Positions 48,611 to 58,454 of a stretch of DNA of 64,000 nt are shown here, in pieces (within the stretch, counting starts at the first letter, position 1; every line of letters begins with the position of its first letter). The notes under the pieces were generated by a model. The model ran no database searches. It saw only the letters and a program-made list of their open reading frames with translations, and was not told the DNA's origin. The DNA is taken from IMG/VR virus record IMGVR_UViG_3300025645_000060, positions 4,947 through 68,946 of that record; one strand, given 5' to 3'. The stretch is from a virus. Both the position numbers and the translations under genes were made by a program.

Positions 48611-49780
48611 TTAAAAAATTGATAATTGATTTTGAGCAATTTCTTTATAAGCATCAGCATTAAAAGTAATTAAATTTGTATTTGTTTCATTTTTATCACC
48701 AATAAATTTGTAAGATTTAGATATTCTTGTTGAAGTTTTAAATGTACCTGTAGAAGCAATTTTTTTCGATTGCATCATTTCTGCTTTTTTTTCTCCGTTG
48801 GTTCCCGATGTGAATAACCAATTATTAGATCTTTCAAATGATTTCCACAAAGCTGGATTTGATGTTTTTATATAAATAGTTTTATTGTCGTTTTTATAAA
48901 CTTGACCAAACCAATTTACAAATTTAAAACCAATACCCATTCCCTGAAAATCTGGCAAAACTACCACTCTAGAAATCCTATATCCGTTTTTTATATTACC
49001 ATGAGGAAAAGGAAGAATAGCCATAAAAGCTATTGGTTTATCATTATACAAACTTACAAAATTTTTAGCTGCTTTATTTAAATTTTCAGTTAGATAGTGA
49101 TGTTGCTTGAATATATCCCAAGTTTCATATCTACATCGAAATATCTGTAATTCAATTTTTGGTTTTCCTTGCCGAAGATAGTCCGTCTTCTCTAGACGGC
49201 CTTTTAGTGGAGAATAAGTCCAATCAGGTTGCAACCATTCCATAATGTCAAAATGACAAGAAGCAAGAATTATTTTTTTGTTATTTCGCCGAATATATTT
49301 TTGTAAAGCGTTAGACATAGCTTTAGCGACATCTCTATCTACTACGGATGTAAATTCATCTATCAATATTATATCTCCATTTTTTGCTTTTCCTACTTTA
49401 TATGCTAATGAAGCTCTATATTGTTCTCCGTTTGATAATAAATTAAATGGTCTTAACCATGTTGGAACAGAAGCCAAACCCATAGCAGATAATAAAAAAG
49501 TAGCTTCTTTTGGTTCTAACCAATCAAAATTAGATATTAATGGTTTTTGTTCATCAAATTTATCAATATTCAAATTTCCAAATTCTTTCAATAAAGTTGT
49601 TTTCCCAGTACCAGACCCACCATATATAACTCCTATATTCCAATCAAAAGTTTTACATTCAGAAAAATTTATAGGAATTTTTACAATTGTTTCTTTTTTG
49701 TTTTGAATATCAAAAGCTTCATATATGTATTCAGTATACTTATCATTTATTATTTTATTTCTTTTTTCAATGTATTTCAT
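48611..49780 (-). CDS. ABC-type ATPase fused to a GNAT acetyltransferase
   Basis: GGSGTGKT, LSNGEQYR, IDEFTS, then SRVVVLPDFQGMGIG. Confidence 0.85.
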   Translation of the reverse strand: MKYIEKRNKIINDKYTEYIYEAFDIQNKKETIVKIPINFSECKTFDWNIGVIYGGSGTGKTTLLKEFGNLNIDKFDEQKPLISNFDWLEPKEATFLLSAMGLASVPTWLRPFNLLSNGEQYRASLAYKVGKAKNGDIILIDEFTSVVDRDVAKAMSNALQKYIRRNNKKIILASCHFDIMEWLQPDWTYSPLKGRLEKTDYLRQGKPKIELQIFRCRYETWDIFKQHHYLTENLNKAAKNFVSLYNDKPIAFMAILPFPHGNIKNGYRISRVVVLPDFQGMGIGFKFVNWFGQVYKNDNKTIYIKTSNPALWKSFERSNNWLFTSGTNGEKKAEMMQSKKIASTGTFKTSTRISKSYKFIGDKNETNTNLITFNADAYKEIAQNQLSIF

Positions 49781-49876
49781 AATTTTTATTTATTAAATTT
49801 TTGTTTTAAGCTCCCCTATAGTCAAAAAAGATAAAAAATGTGTGTGTGTTTATGCAGCCGTTTACACTGCCTCTCG

Positions 49877-50227
49877 CTAATTGCATTTCCAAGACGACCC
49901 CCTATGTGGAATTAATTCTTGGTCTATGTTCTTAACGCTTGTTATGTATATATCTCTTGATTCATCGCTGGATTTCTTCGCATGACAACCATTGCACAAT
50001 GCTTGATGGTTGCGGATGTCCCAGAATGATCCGCCAATTCTTACTGGGATAATATGATCTACACATCTTGACTGGCCACCACATCCAACACATTTAGGAT
50101 TGTCCAATCTATATTGTTTACTATGCTTTCTCCAATCCATCGAATGATATACGCTTGTATCATGGTTGGCTTTACGTTTTGTTTGCTTTGGTTTAGTCCT
50201 TCTTGACCGCTTGTTCATTGATGGCAT
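49877..50227 (-). CDS. HNH endonuclease (terminase-associated type)
   Basis: CVGC...VDHIIP...GG...NHQALCNGCHAKKS. Confidence 0.9.
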   Translation of the reverse strand: MPSMNKRSRRTKPKQTKRKANHDTSVYHSMDWRKHSKQYRLDNPKCVGCGGQSRCVDHIIPVRIGGSFWDIRNHQALCNGCHAKKSSDESRDIYITSVKNIDQELIPHRGSSWKCN

Positions 50228-50267
50228 ACAAATATAACTATTTATTATTTAATGTCTTTTTCGCTTA

Positions 50268-50486
50268 ATGTGTACATAGTGTACATGATGTACGTTGAAA
50301 TCTCTATTAGTATATAGAACTGTATATGTATATATATATATATATACATACGCTTTATTATATAAATATATATAGAAAAGGTATGTACACTATGTACACA
50401 TTAGCTTATAGCTATATATACAAGGCGTTTCAAGGTGTACATACCTTAGATTCAACTATGTACAAGGTATGTACACTATGTACACT
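50268..50486. repeat. putative replication origin: TGTACAC iterons around a (TA)n tract
   Basis: AAGGTATGTACACTATGTACAC at 50378-50399 and 50464-50485; inverted copies near 50270 and 50435. Confidence 0.7.
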
Positions 50487-50493
50487 TTTAGCC

Positions 50494-52869
50494 TTAAAAT
50501 GGCATATCTTCATCAATATCACTAATATCTGTCTGTTCTGCTTTAAAATCTGTCTGATAAGATGTAAGATTTGGATCAACTCTTTTAATTTTCCAGCAAC
50601 TTACCGGAACATTATTACCAGTTATAGATTTAAATCTCTTCCTTTTACCCTTCTCAAATCCTATTTCATTTAGTTTTATTCCTAATAATTGACCACTACA
50701 TTCATATTTGTGCAGACCTAATAACTCCTTTATCTCATAAGTTGCACTAACATGATCCTCACTAGACTCAAAATTCTCTATCAAAAACTCCTTAACCAAA
50801 TCAACTTCTTTTAATTCATCTCTTGTGGATAGGTATTCCATCTCTTCATTGGTCGTACTGGTCAACATCGTCTTATCTTTAGCGTTATCATATATATACT
50901 TTAATTCAGACCATAAATTATCTATACCGCTTTCTTGTATCTTATCAAATGCTTCCTGGTCTCTATCATCTACTTTAAGCGGAAATACTCGCCTATTATC
51001 ACGCTCATCGCTTCCTAACACGTTATTATCATTGGTTGTGGCACATAGTACCGCATATCGTCTGTGTGTGTCTGTACTGCGCTGATATGGCGCTCTAAAC
51101 GTTAATGTCTCAGAAGATAATACTGACTTAATCCAATCTTTGTCCTTGCTGCCAGTTCCAGTAATATCATCACGCAATACTAAAATATTCTCGCACATCA
51201 TCGCTTTTGCATCCTCATCCTTGCGAGGAAAATCTTTAATAGTTATAAAATATTTATCTAATGATTTAGGCAATAGGTTTTTAAAAAAGTAAGTCTTTCC
51301 GTTGTTCATCTTGCCGGTCAATACCAACATTAGTTCGGCCGCTGATACTTGATAACCAGATGTAAGAAATTGCAATAGCCATTTTGTAAATAGACCAAAA
51401 CAAAGTTTCTTTTCATCTTCATTATCAAACTCTACATTTAGCGAATCAAACAATTTGTAAATTGTTGACTGTTTGCCTACTGGCTCAATTGCAGTTAGTG
51501 AATCAAAATATTTTTCAAATGGATGATAGCTAGGCAAACGATCAGATTCTATATAATCATAAACTAACTGCTTACTGATTTTTGGATTGTCCTTAACTAT
51601 ATCTAAATAAATAGAAACATAATCTCTTTCTTTCAATTGTATCAATTCTTTAGTTTCAACCCTATTTGTCATTAAATTAGTAACCAATCCAATCTTCTCA
51701 ATATGTTGCTCAATAGTATCATATTGTTTATTATCTGCCTTTGTCTTTTCTTTTTTAAAAGCATCTTTGCCAGCATTAATGATCTGTCGCTGATCGGTTG
51801 AATCTGTTGAGTAAGCAGATAAATCAATTGCCATTAAGTCCATGATAGTATCATGTGATGCAGTTGGAATTTCAGCATATTTAGTTTTTATCCTTTCTAT
51901 TAAACTACTCGCTCCGGCATCCCATTGCTCGCCGTATCCATCATTATATAAATCTTTCGCATTACTAGTCATACTGTCTTTAGAAGTATCACCATAGCGC
52001 ACCAAACATCTTAAAGCTGATGGAGAATAAGGTTGTTCTGGCTCAAATACTGTCGATGATGAAAACACCTTAAAAAGCCGCTTTTCTTTGTGGAAATTTC
52101 CGCTATACTTTGCATCTGTTTCCCCAGGGCGCAACCAATACGATCTTTGGTTATCTTCATATACAAAGCTAAAACCAGCCGTATCCAATTCGTTCATCCA
52201 ATCATCTTTCGCATTGTAATCTGTCCACGATGTTAGACGATAATCTTTGTCTGTTCTTGGTATATATGTCGGCTCAGATTTCTTAACGCTTGGCGCTTGA
52301 TATTCGTTAAAATCTTTAGCAATATCAAATATGGCTTTTCTATCAAACCTTGACCAATTAGGAATATTATCTAAGCTTGCGTTATACATTACAGAATAGT
52401 TTGGCGATGGTGGAGCAATTACATAACCGCCTTGTCCTCTTGTTTCTATCCTAACCGGAATTACATTATTGGCTTTCTTCTTTTGCGCTAGCTTTAAATT
52501 TCCGCAACTAATATCATCTGGCGGATTATTCATATCAAAATCATTCCTAAAATAAATATGATATCCTTTTCTTGTTTTAATGGTTAAAATCATATGACCA
52601 TTGCCATCAAAGTAATTTAGTATGGCATCATAAAATTGCGGAAATACGCTGGCATCATCAATATCAATCACTTCTAAGTTATCGCTAATTGACCCGCAGA
52701 TAACACCAATCATTTCCGATTTACCAAAATATTGAACTACTTCCGTTTCGCTCATTTTAGCTTTTTGATATTTCTTCCAACTAGGCAAAGCTGGTTTTTT
52801 CTTTAAATCGCAAGGAATTACAGAAAGATTTTTATCAATAAATTGCTGCGCTTGTTTTTGTTGTATCAT
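50494..52869 (-). CDS. bifunctional primase-polymerase fused to a VirE/VapE-type helicase
   Basis: VIDID, GYHIYF, ETRGQGGYVIAPPS; GKMNNGKT; FRAPY; NRRVFP. Confidence 0.9.
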   Translation of the reverse strand: MIQQKQAQQFIDKNLSVIPCDLKKKPALPSWKKYQKAKMSETEVVQYFGKSEMIGVICGSISDNLEVIDIDDASVFPQFYDAILNYFDGNGHMILTIKTRKGYHIYFRNDFDMNNPPDDISCGNLKLAQKKKANNVIPVRIETRGQGGYVIAPPSPNYSVMYNASLDNIPNWSRFDRKAIFDIAKDFNEYQAPSVKKSEPTYIPRTDKDYRLTSWTDYNAKDDWMNELDTAGFSFVYEDNQRSYWLRPGETDAKYSGNFHKEKRLFKVFSSSTVFEPEQPYSPSALRCLVRYGDTSKDSMTSNAKDLYNDGYGEQWDAGASSLIERIKTKYAEIPTASHDTIMDLMAIDLSAYSTDSTDQRQIINAGKDAFKKEKTKADNKQYDTIEQHIEKIGLVTNLMTNRVETKELIQLKERDYVSIYLDIVKDNPKISKQLVYDYIESDRLPSYHPFEKYFDSLTAIEPVGKQSTIYKLFDSLNVEFDNEDEKKLCFGLFTKWLLQFLTSGYQVSAAELMLVLTGKMNNGKTYFFKNLLPKSLDKYFITIKDFPRKDEDAKAMMCENILVLRDDITGTGSKDKDWIKSVLSSETLTFRAPYQRSTDTHRRYAVLCATTNDNNVLGSDERDNRRVFPLKVDDRDQEAFDKIQESGIDNLWSELKYIYDNAKDKTMLTSTTNEEMEYLSTRDELKEVDLVKEFLIENFESSEDHVSATYEIKELLGLHKYECSGQLLGIKLNEIGFEKGKRKRFKSITGNNVPVSCWKIKRVDPNLTSYQTDFKAEQTDISDIDEDMPF

Positions 52870-52934
52870 AGTCTAATCCTCTTTAAAAAATAATGTAAAA
52901 AATAAAATCGCAAAAAGTATTTGAAGAAACAAAA

Positions 52935-53327
52935 TCATATTGCTACTTTTTTAATTTCTTGATGAATCTTTGCGGCCCATGATAATGGTTTAATGTTATC
53001 CGGCTTTGAGTATGTTGGCCTAATTATTTTTTTTAAATTCTTTTTAGCACAATAATTCCGAACATAATGAACTTTAACATTAAGATCAAATGATATTTCT
53101 TTATAAGTTTTTGACAAATAATTATCTTCGATATATTGTTTATCATCATCATGCAAGACAGTATATATCTCAAGATTATTTCTTTTGAAATAAGCTCTAA
53201 CAGTTGGTCCTGGTCTATTTATTTTTTTGGCAATTTGATTGACCGGCATTGTAGTTCGGTTTTCTAGCATAAAAGCTATATCGCTTTCTGATAGTTTTTT
53301 GTTCTTTCTTCCAGTTTTTGTTTTCAT
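52935..53327 (-). CDS. tandem-HTH DNA-binding protein
   Basis: Two repeats of the type IAKKINR.GPTV / ISFDLNVKVHYV. Confidence 0.6.
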   Translation of the reverse strand: MKTKTGRKNKKLSESDIAFMLENRTTMPVNQIAKKINRPGPTVRAYFKRNNLEIYTVLHDDDKQYIEDNYLSKTYKEISFDLNVKVHYVRNYCAKKNLKKIIRPTYSKPDNIKPLSWAAKIHQEIKKVAI

Positions 53328-53435
53328 AATTTAGTTTTAAACTTTTAAAAAAATGCGGTGTAATGTCTTAAATTCGGTTTCACTACACCGCTCCATATAT
53401 CAGCGCAAAGCATACATATAGGATTAAAAAGTATT

Positions 53436-53633
53436 TTACAATTTCAATTCATCTCTATCCACCATTCCTTTTTCATCTATCAGATGGCCATATTTTTTAT
53501 ATGCTTTTTGATAAGTTAGATTATACATTTGAATCAGCTTATGAATATGAATTGAACGATTAAGATATCTATTAGCATCTTTTGGTATTGGTTTTGCAGA
53601 TATTCTTCTTGAACTTATTTTACTTCTTGGCAT
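53436..53633 (-). CDS. small basic protein, paralog of 36901-37062
   Basis: YKKYGHLIDEKGMV. Confidence 0.7.
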   Translation of the reverse strand: MPRSKISSRRISAKPIPKDANRYLNRSIHIHKLIQMYNLTYQKAYKKYGHLIDEKGMVDRDELKL

Positions 53634-53844
53634 TACTTATTCTTTATTTTTTTAGAAAAGTTGAGAGCCGGAGTTTCGACCCTCCAGCCGCTCTCAACGA
53701 AACTACACTATCAAATTCGATACTTTTATCAAAATTGATAAACTTCTTTATGCTCCCATATTGATGAACCACCACAATGCCAGGATTACAAATATTTGTA
53801 ATTTTAGCAAGTCAATAAATTTAATTTTTGGATTTTGCATAGTT

Positions 53845-54105
53845 TTAGTTTTTATTATTTATTGATTCTAAAAAATGTTCTTCATCATCGAAACCTAATA
53901 ATTGACAAATATAATCTGAGTTAAACCAAAATAAATCATTTATTTCTGTTTCAGTTGGTATATAACCACCGCCGCCATCTTTATATTCTTCTTCTAAAAA
54001 AACATCTAATATTTCTAATTGATTATAAGTTAATTTATCAGCTAACGATTTAGCGCCGGCCCAAAATTTAAATTCTTTTAAAGAAGTATTTGTAGTGTAA
54101 ATCAT
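53845..54105 (-). CDS. small acidic phage protein
   Basis: FKFWAGA...TETEINDLFWF. Confidence 0.7.
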   Translation of the reverse strand: MIYTTNTSLKEFKFWAGAKSLADKLTYNQLEILDVFLEEEYKDGGGGYIPTETEINDLFWFNSDYICQLLGFDDEEHFLESINNKN

Positions 54106-54128
54106 AATTTTTAGTTTAAAATGTGAGA
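54103..54128 (-). promoter_or_regulatory. duplicated 26-bp leader TCTCACATTTTAAACTAAAAATTATG (second copy at 54435-54460)
   Basis: Identical sequence ending in the ATG of two consecutive genes. Confidence 0.75.
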
Positions 54129-54176
54129 TTAAAAAGAGGACTTATTTTTGTGCCTCTGTAGGTTTTTATTTGTTCC

Positions 54177-54437
54177 TCATGTCCATTCTAAACGCTTTTG
54201 GGTATTTTTTATACATGATGAACCAAGATAAAAAATACCTTGTGACGCTTCTCCTATCGCCGCCATATCTTCTTCTGTAATGTGTGCTTCAACTACTTTT
54301 GGTCCTTCTATTGTATTAACTGCACAATCTTTATTCTCTAATGGTTTTCCGCAGCAAGCACAAGTGTTGTCGTTGTAACCATATTTATAGATGTTTCTAT
54401 CAAAAGAAGCCGTTTGAATAAAATCTAATGTTTTCAT
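54177..54437 (-). CDS. small Cys-motif protein
   Basis: CACCGKP...GSSC. Confidence 0.6.
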   Translation of the reverse strand: MKTLDFIQTASFDRNIYKYGYNDNTCACCGKPLENKDCAVNTIEGPKVVEAHITEEDMAAIGEASQGIFYLGSSCIKNTQKRLEWT

Positions 54438-54916
54438 AATTTTTAGTTTAAAATGTGAGATATTTAATTAATTTAATGCAATATACAGCCAATAACTAAT
54501 TGCTTGTATATTTTTTTGGCGATTATTTGAAAAAATATTGTAATTATCATAAAAACCGATGTTCTTGACTGAAAACATTATGCTAAAATCAGCAAGATAC
54601 CAATACCATTTTTTCTTTTAATACCATGACCAATAGCATATATCAAAGCGCTGTCCTCATTTGATCTATGGGTAATTCACCTTGTGAAGTGATGAAAATC
54701 TGTAATAATTGCGGAAAAAGACATAATAATATAATGATACTCATATTAGTTTAATTGTAATGATAAGTAAATCCCATAATCGTTTCGGTTTGATCTTCAT
54801 TAAAACATACGAGCAACACAGTTTCGTATAGCTTATATTCGACATAATCAATAATAAATACATCCATAATAGTTTGTTACATTTTGTACTTTACAAATGT
54901 AATAATAATTATTTTA

Positions 54917-54924
54917 TATATTTG
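54917..54924 (+). promoter_or_regulatory. -7 box (TATATTTG) of the rightward operon
   Basis: TAnnTTTG 30 bp upstream of 54954. Confidence 0.6.
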
Positions 54925-54953
54925 CAACATACAATTAAACTAAAATCTCAACT

Positions 54954-55253
54954 ATGAACAAAATCAAGAACATCAATTTCCGACTTACACCTTACGAGCA
55001 TAAGATTATAATCTCTTATGAAAACCAATACAATAAGACTATTGTATTAACGCCTAATTACAATGATGTCTATGAATACGCCAAAATGAATAGCTGGCTT
55101 GAATGGATCGAAGATGATATCCGAGATGGCGATTTCATACAAAGCTATCGTTCAATCACATTCCAACAATTATTGCAAGATCAAGATTTAGCAGATCAGT
55201 TATTTCATGATTACATCAATAAAATCTGCAAAGAAAACACTTGTCTATCCTAA
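54954..55253 (+). CDS. hypothetical protein
   Basis: ORF with promoter and terminator. Confidence 0.6.
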   Translation: MNKIKNINFRLTPYEHKIIISYENQYNKTIVLTPNYNDVYEYAKMNSWLEWIEDDIRDGDFIQSYRSITFQQLLQDQDLADQLFHDYINKICKENTCLS

Positions 55254-55265
55254 AAGTAGGATAAC

Positions 55266-55298
55266 CGGCGCAGTTTGTTCTATGGCTGCGCCGTTTTT
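55266..55298 (+). terminator. intrinsic terminator
   Basis: CGGCGCAG/CTGCGCCG plus TTTTT. Confidence 0.75.
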
Positions 55299-55336
55299 AA
55301 ATCAATTAATTATTTAATTTAAAAAAACTTATTACT

Positions 55337-55762
55337 ATGAGTAAATTATTAGAAAATGAAGTTACTGGATTAGAAATCTTTAATCCATCAAATTTAAAAG
55401 GTGTAAATTTAGCCGATTTGGAAGTTAGCCAAGTCAGCGACAATTCCGCTTATTGGTCACCAGTTGAAAAAGGCGAAACAAAATTAGTATTCTTTGATTC
55501 AATGACAGTTGAAACTATATCAGATTTAGAATCTGGAGAGGAAAAACTTTTGCCAACTGTACATCTTTGGGAGCAATCAGATAAAGGCGAACTTTCAAGA
55601 GTTTCAAATAGTTCTGCCAGACTTGTTGGCTTATTTGAGCGAATGAACTACAGACAAGGAACGCCGTTAAAAATTACTTTTGCCGGAAAAGAAAAGAATA
55701 AGAACAATTCGTACCAATCCGATTCGTGGGATGTGCGCCAATTGTATCCAAAGAATTCATAG
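55337..55762 (+). CDS. putative OB-fold ssDNA-binding protein
   Basis: YWSP...KITFAGKEKNKNN; sits among recombination genes. Confidence 0.45.
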   Translation: MSKLLENEVTGLEIFNPSNLKGVNLADLEVSQVSDNSAYWSPVEKGETKLVFFDSMTVETISDLESGEEKLLPTVHLWEQSDKGELSRVSNSSARLVGLFERMNYRQGTPLKITFAGKEKNKNNSYQSDSWDVRQLYPKNS

Positions 55763-55778
55763 TTTTAGTTTTAGGTTA

Positions 55779-55816
55779 GCCGGTTGACTTGTGAGATTGT
55801 CAACCGGCATTTTTTT
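55779..55816 (+). terminator. intrinsic terminator
   Basis: GCCGGTTGAC/GTCAACCGGC plus T7. Confidence 0.8.
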
Positions 55817-56030
55817 AATTAATTTATAAAATTTAAACATGAAGTTTCTAAAATATATAGTTGTTAAATTCGATGGCGAACTTGAAATGCGCTTAATGAG
55901 ATTAACTGAACCTATCAATATAGATAATAGCTACAACTATAGATTTGTAAGGGTAAAAAAAGAAAAATATCCTCATGAACTTATAGTTAAAGTAGACTGC
56001 ATTCAATACGGCGAATAATAATAATAAACT

Positions 56031-56828
56031 ATGAACACAAGTATAAACCTATCAGAAATGATAACAGACGAACCGATCCTCACCGCTGATAGAGTAATAG
56101 ATAATACTGTTACTTATCATTTTAGTATTGCTCAGAATACCCCAGAATGGGATGAAATAAGGAAAGGAAAAATTACGGCCTCACCGGCGAAATGCTTGTT
56201 AGTACATTCGGTTTTAAAAAGCGGAAAATCAGCAGTTGGATCAGTAGGAACTTTGGCAAAGGGCGCTATTACTTACGCCGAAAAAATAGCAAAACAAAGA
56301 TACGCGCCGCGTTCAGGCGATGGTGATTTTAAGTTCTATTCGCAAGACATGGAGCGAGGACATGAGACTGAAGCGGCAGCCAATGAACTATTTCAAGAAC
56401 GCACCGGGATCAAAACACAAGAGGTCGGATTCCTTAGTCGGAAATTAAAAGAGGTTGATCGGTTAATTGGATGCAGTCCAGATAGAATCATAATGGACGA
56501 GGAAACGTCCCTCATTAAAAGCGGATTAGAAATGAAGTCAGCTAACTCTGATATTCATTGGGCGAGATTACGCAATCCTCAACTGTTAGTTGATGAACAT
56601 ATGGCGCAAGTGCAGTTTCAGATGTTTATATCAGGTGCAGGTAGCTGGTACTTGACAAGCTATAACGCTAGTTATGACAGGCCAGAGGATAGACTTATAA
56701 TATGTAAGATACTAAGAGATGATTTTATTATTGATAGATTCCATAATCAAGTGATTGAGATGGAGAGTTACATTAATGATGTTTTATTCGATATAAATCA
56801 TTTAGCAGAAATCGAAAAAGTATGGTAG
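56031..56828 (+). CDS. YqaJ viral recombinase/exonuclease (phage B)
   Basis: QNTPEW...RKGKITAS...MERGHETE...GCSPD...LEMK...QVQFQM. Confidence 0.9.
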   Translation: MNTSINLSEMITDEPILTADRVIDNTVTYHFSIAQNTPEWDEIRKGKITASPAKCLLVHSVLKSGKSAVGSVGTLAKGAITYAEKIAKQRYAPRSGDGDFKFYSQDMERGHETEAAANELFQERTGIKTQEVGFLSRKLKEVDRLIGCSPDRIIMDEETSLIKSGLEMKSANSDIHWARLRNPQLLVDEHMAQVQFQMFISGAGSWYLTSYNASYDRPEDRLIICKILRDDFIIDRFHNQVIEMESYINDVLFDINHLAEIEKVW

Positions 56829-58093
56829 AATTAAGATCGTATCAAAGCCAAGCGGTATCGGATGGGCTGGAATTATTGCGAACAAATAAAATTGTTTGTT
56901 TGTCAATGGAAGTTCGGACAGGCAAGACATTAACCGCGTTAGCGTTGGCCGAAAAATACGGCGCTAAAAAAGTTTTATTCGTATCAAAAAAGAAAGCGAT
57001 AGTAGAAGGGTCGATAAAAAAGGACTACGAACTATTAAAACCAGATTACGATATCGCTTTTTGGAATTATGCGTCTTTACATAAAGTAGTTGGAAAGTTT
57101 GACATTGTGATTGTTGACGAAAGTCATTCCATTGCCGCTTTCCCCAAGCCAAGCAAAAGAGCGAAAATGCTCAAAGTCATTTGCAAAAATACTCCTATTA
57201 TATATTTGTCCGGAACATTTACACCGGAATCATATAGTCAATTATACCATCAATTTTGGATATCTTCACACTCGCCTTTTATAGCTTACTCTAATTTCTA
57301 CAAATGGGCCAAAGATTATGTTTATGTCTACCAGAAAAGAATTGGCGCTTATAAAGTAAATAATTACGAGCGAGCAAACAAAACAAAAATAGATGCCAGA
57401 ACAAAGCATTTGTTTTTATCTGTTAGCCAAGAAACTGCTGGATTCATACAACCGATTAAAGAAATATTTTTGCAAGTTCCGATGAACTCAGTTCAGAAAG
57501 AAATGATTACTAATATTGATCAACGTGGATTCACTTCGTATGCCGGCGAGTTATGTATTCCAGCCAATGGCGCAATCAAGCTAAGTAAGAAAGCGCAGAT
57601 TAGCGGAGGAACTTGTATTATGGATGATGGTAGTGTGGCAGTTGTATCTAAGAATAAGGTTAATTATATATATGACAGATTCCAAAAACCTAATAAAAGC
57701 GATACATCAGATAGATACAATGAATATAAGATTGCAATATTATATGTATACCAAGCGGAAGGAGATTTGCTAAAAGAAAAATTTACTAATTGGACATCTA
57801 ACGAAGATATATTTAGAGAAAATGATGATGTTGTTTTTATTGCTCAGATTCGTTCTGCTCGTGAAGGAGTAGATTTATCTTCTGCGGATTGCTTAGTTAT
57901 GTATTCAATTGATTTTTCTGCCACATCATATTTTCAAGGTAAAGCAAGAATACAATCCAAGAACAGAACAAAGCCAGCCAGATTGTATTGGATATTCAGC
58001 GATGGAGGAATTGGTCCTTATGTATATTCAGCCGTAAGTAAGAAAAAGAACTTTACACAATCTTATTATAATCAAGCGAAATATAATAAATGA
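56822..58093 (+). CDS. SF2 (SNF2-like) helicase
   Basis: LRSYQ, VRTGKT, DESH, LSGT, EGVDL and ARI motifs. Confidence 0.85.
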   Translation: MVELRSYQSQAVSDGLELLRTNKIVCLSMEVRTGKTLTALALAEKYGAKKVLFVSKKKAIVEGSIKKDYELLKPDYDIAFWNYASLHKVVGKFDIVIVDESHSIAAFPKPSKRAKMLKVICKNTPIIYLSGTFTPESYSQLYHQFWISSHSPFIAYSNFYKWAKDYVYVYQKRIGAYKVNNYERANKTKIDARTKHLFLSVSQETAGFIQPIKEIFLQVPMNSVQKEMITNIDQRGFTSYAGELCIPANGAIKLSKKAQISGGTCIMDDGSVAVVSKNKVNYIYDRFQKPNKSDTSDRYNEYKIAILYVYQAEGDLLKEKFTNWTSNEDIFRENDDVVFIAQIRSAREGVDLSSADCLVMYSIDFSATSYFQGKARIQSKNRTKPARLYWIFSDGGIGPYVYSAVSKKKNFTQSYYNQAKYNK

Positions 58094-58416
58094 GCGAATC
58101 AGCTATTCAAAAAATCATAGCCAAAAAATTAAGGAAAGCTGGTTTCCTTGTGACGACAATGCCAGCACCATCTGGATGGCCAGACATAAGAGCATTCGGT
58201 GGTTTGAGAACTATATTAATCGAAGTAAAGCGAGAAAGCAAAAAGGCATCTCCGCTGCAAGAGGTAATGATGCAGAAATTTAAAGATGCTGGAGCAGAGG
58301 TGTACTTGATGGACAATATTTATATGGTTGATGATGTAATCTCTATGACATTATCAGATGTGGTAGAGATGAGAATGAATGAGATATCAGACAATAATAC
58401 CGATATGGACACTTAG
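58090..58416 (+). CDS. VRR-NUC domain nuclease
   Basis: ESAIQ...GWPDI...IEVK...SPLQ. Confidence 0.85.
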   Translation: MSESAIQKIIAKKLRKAGFLVTTMPAPSGWPDIRAFGGLRTILIEVKRESKKASPLQEVMMQKFKDAGAEVYLMDNIYMVDDVISMTLSDVVEMRMNEISDNNTDMDT

Positions 58417-58454
58417 TGCATCGTATAATGTACAATAAATACTAAAAATAACCA

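Noticed and set aside
50326-50673. ORF starting MYIYIYIH
   Set aside because: Translation of the TA tract and iterons; antisense to the primase gene.
53661-53697. tRNA fragment (TTCGA loop)
   Set aside because: No cloverleaf and wrong T-arm geometry; more likely a terminator hairpin.
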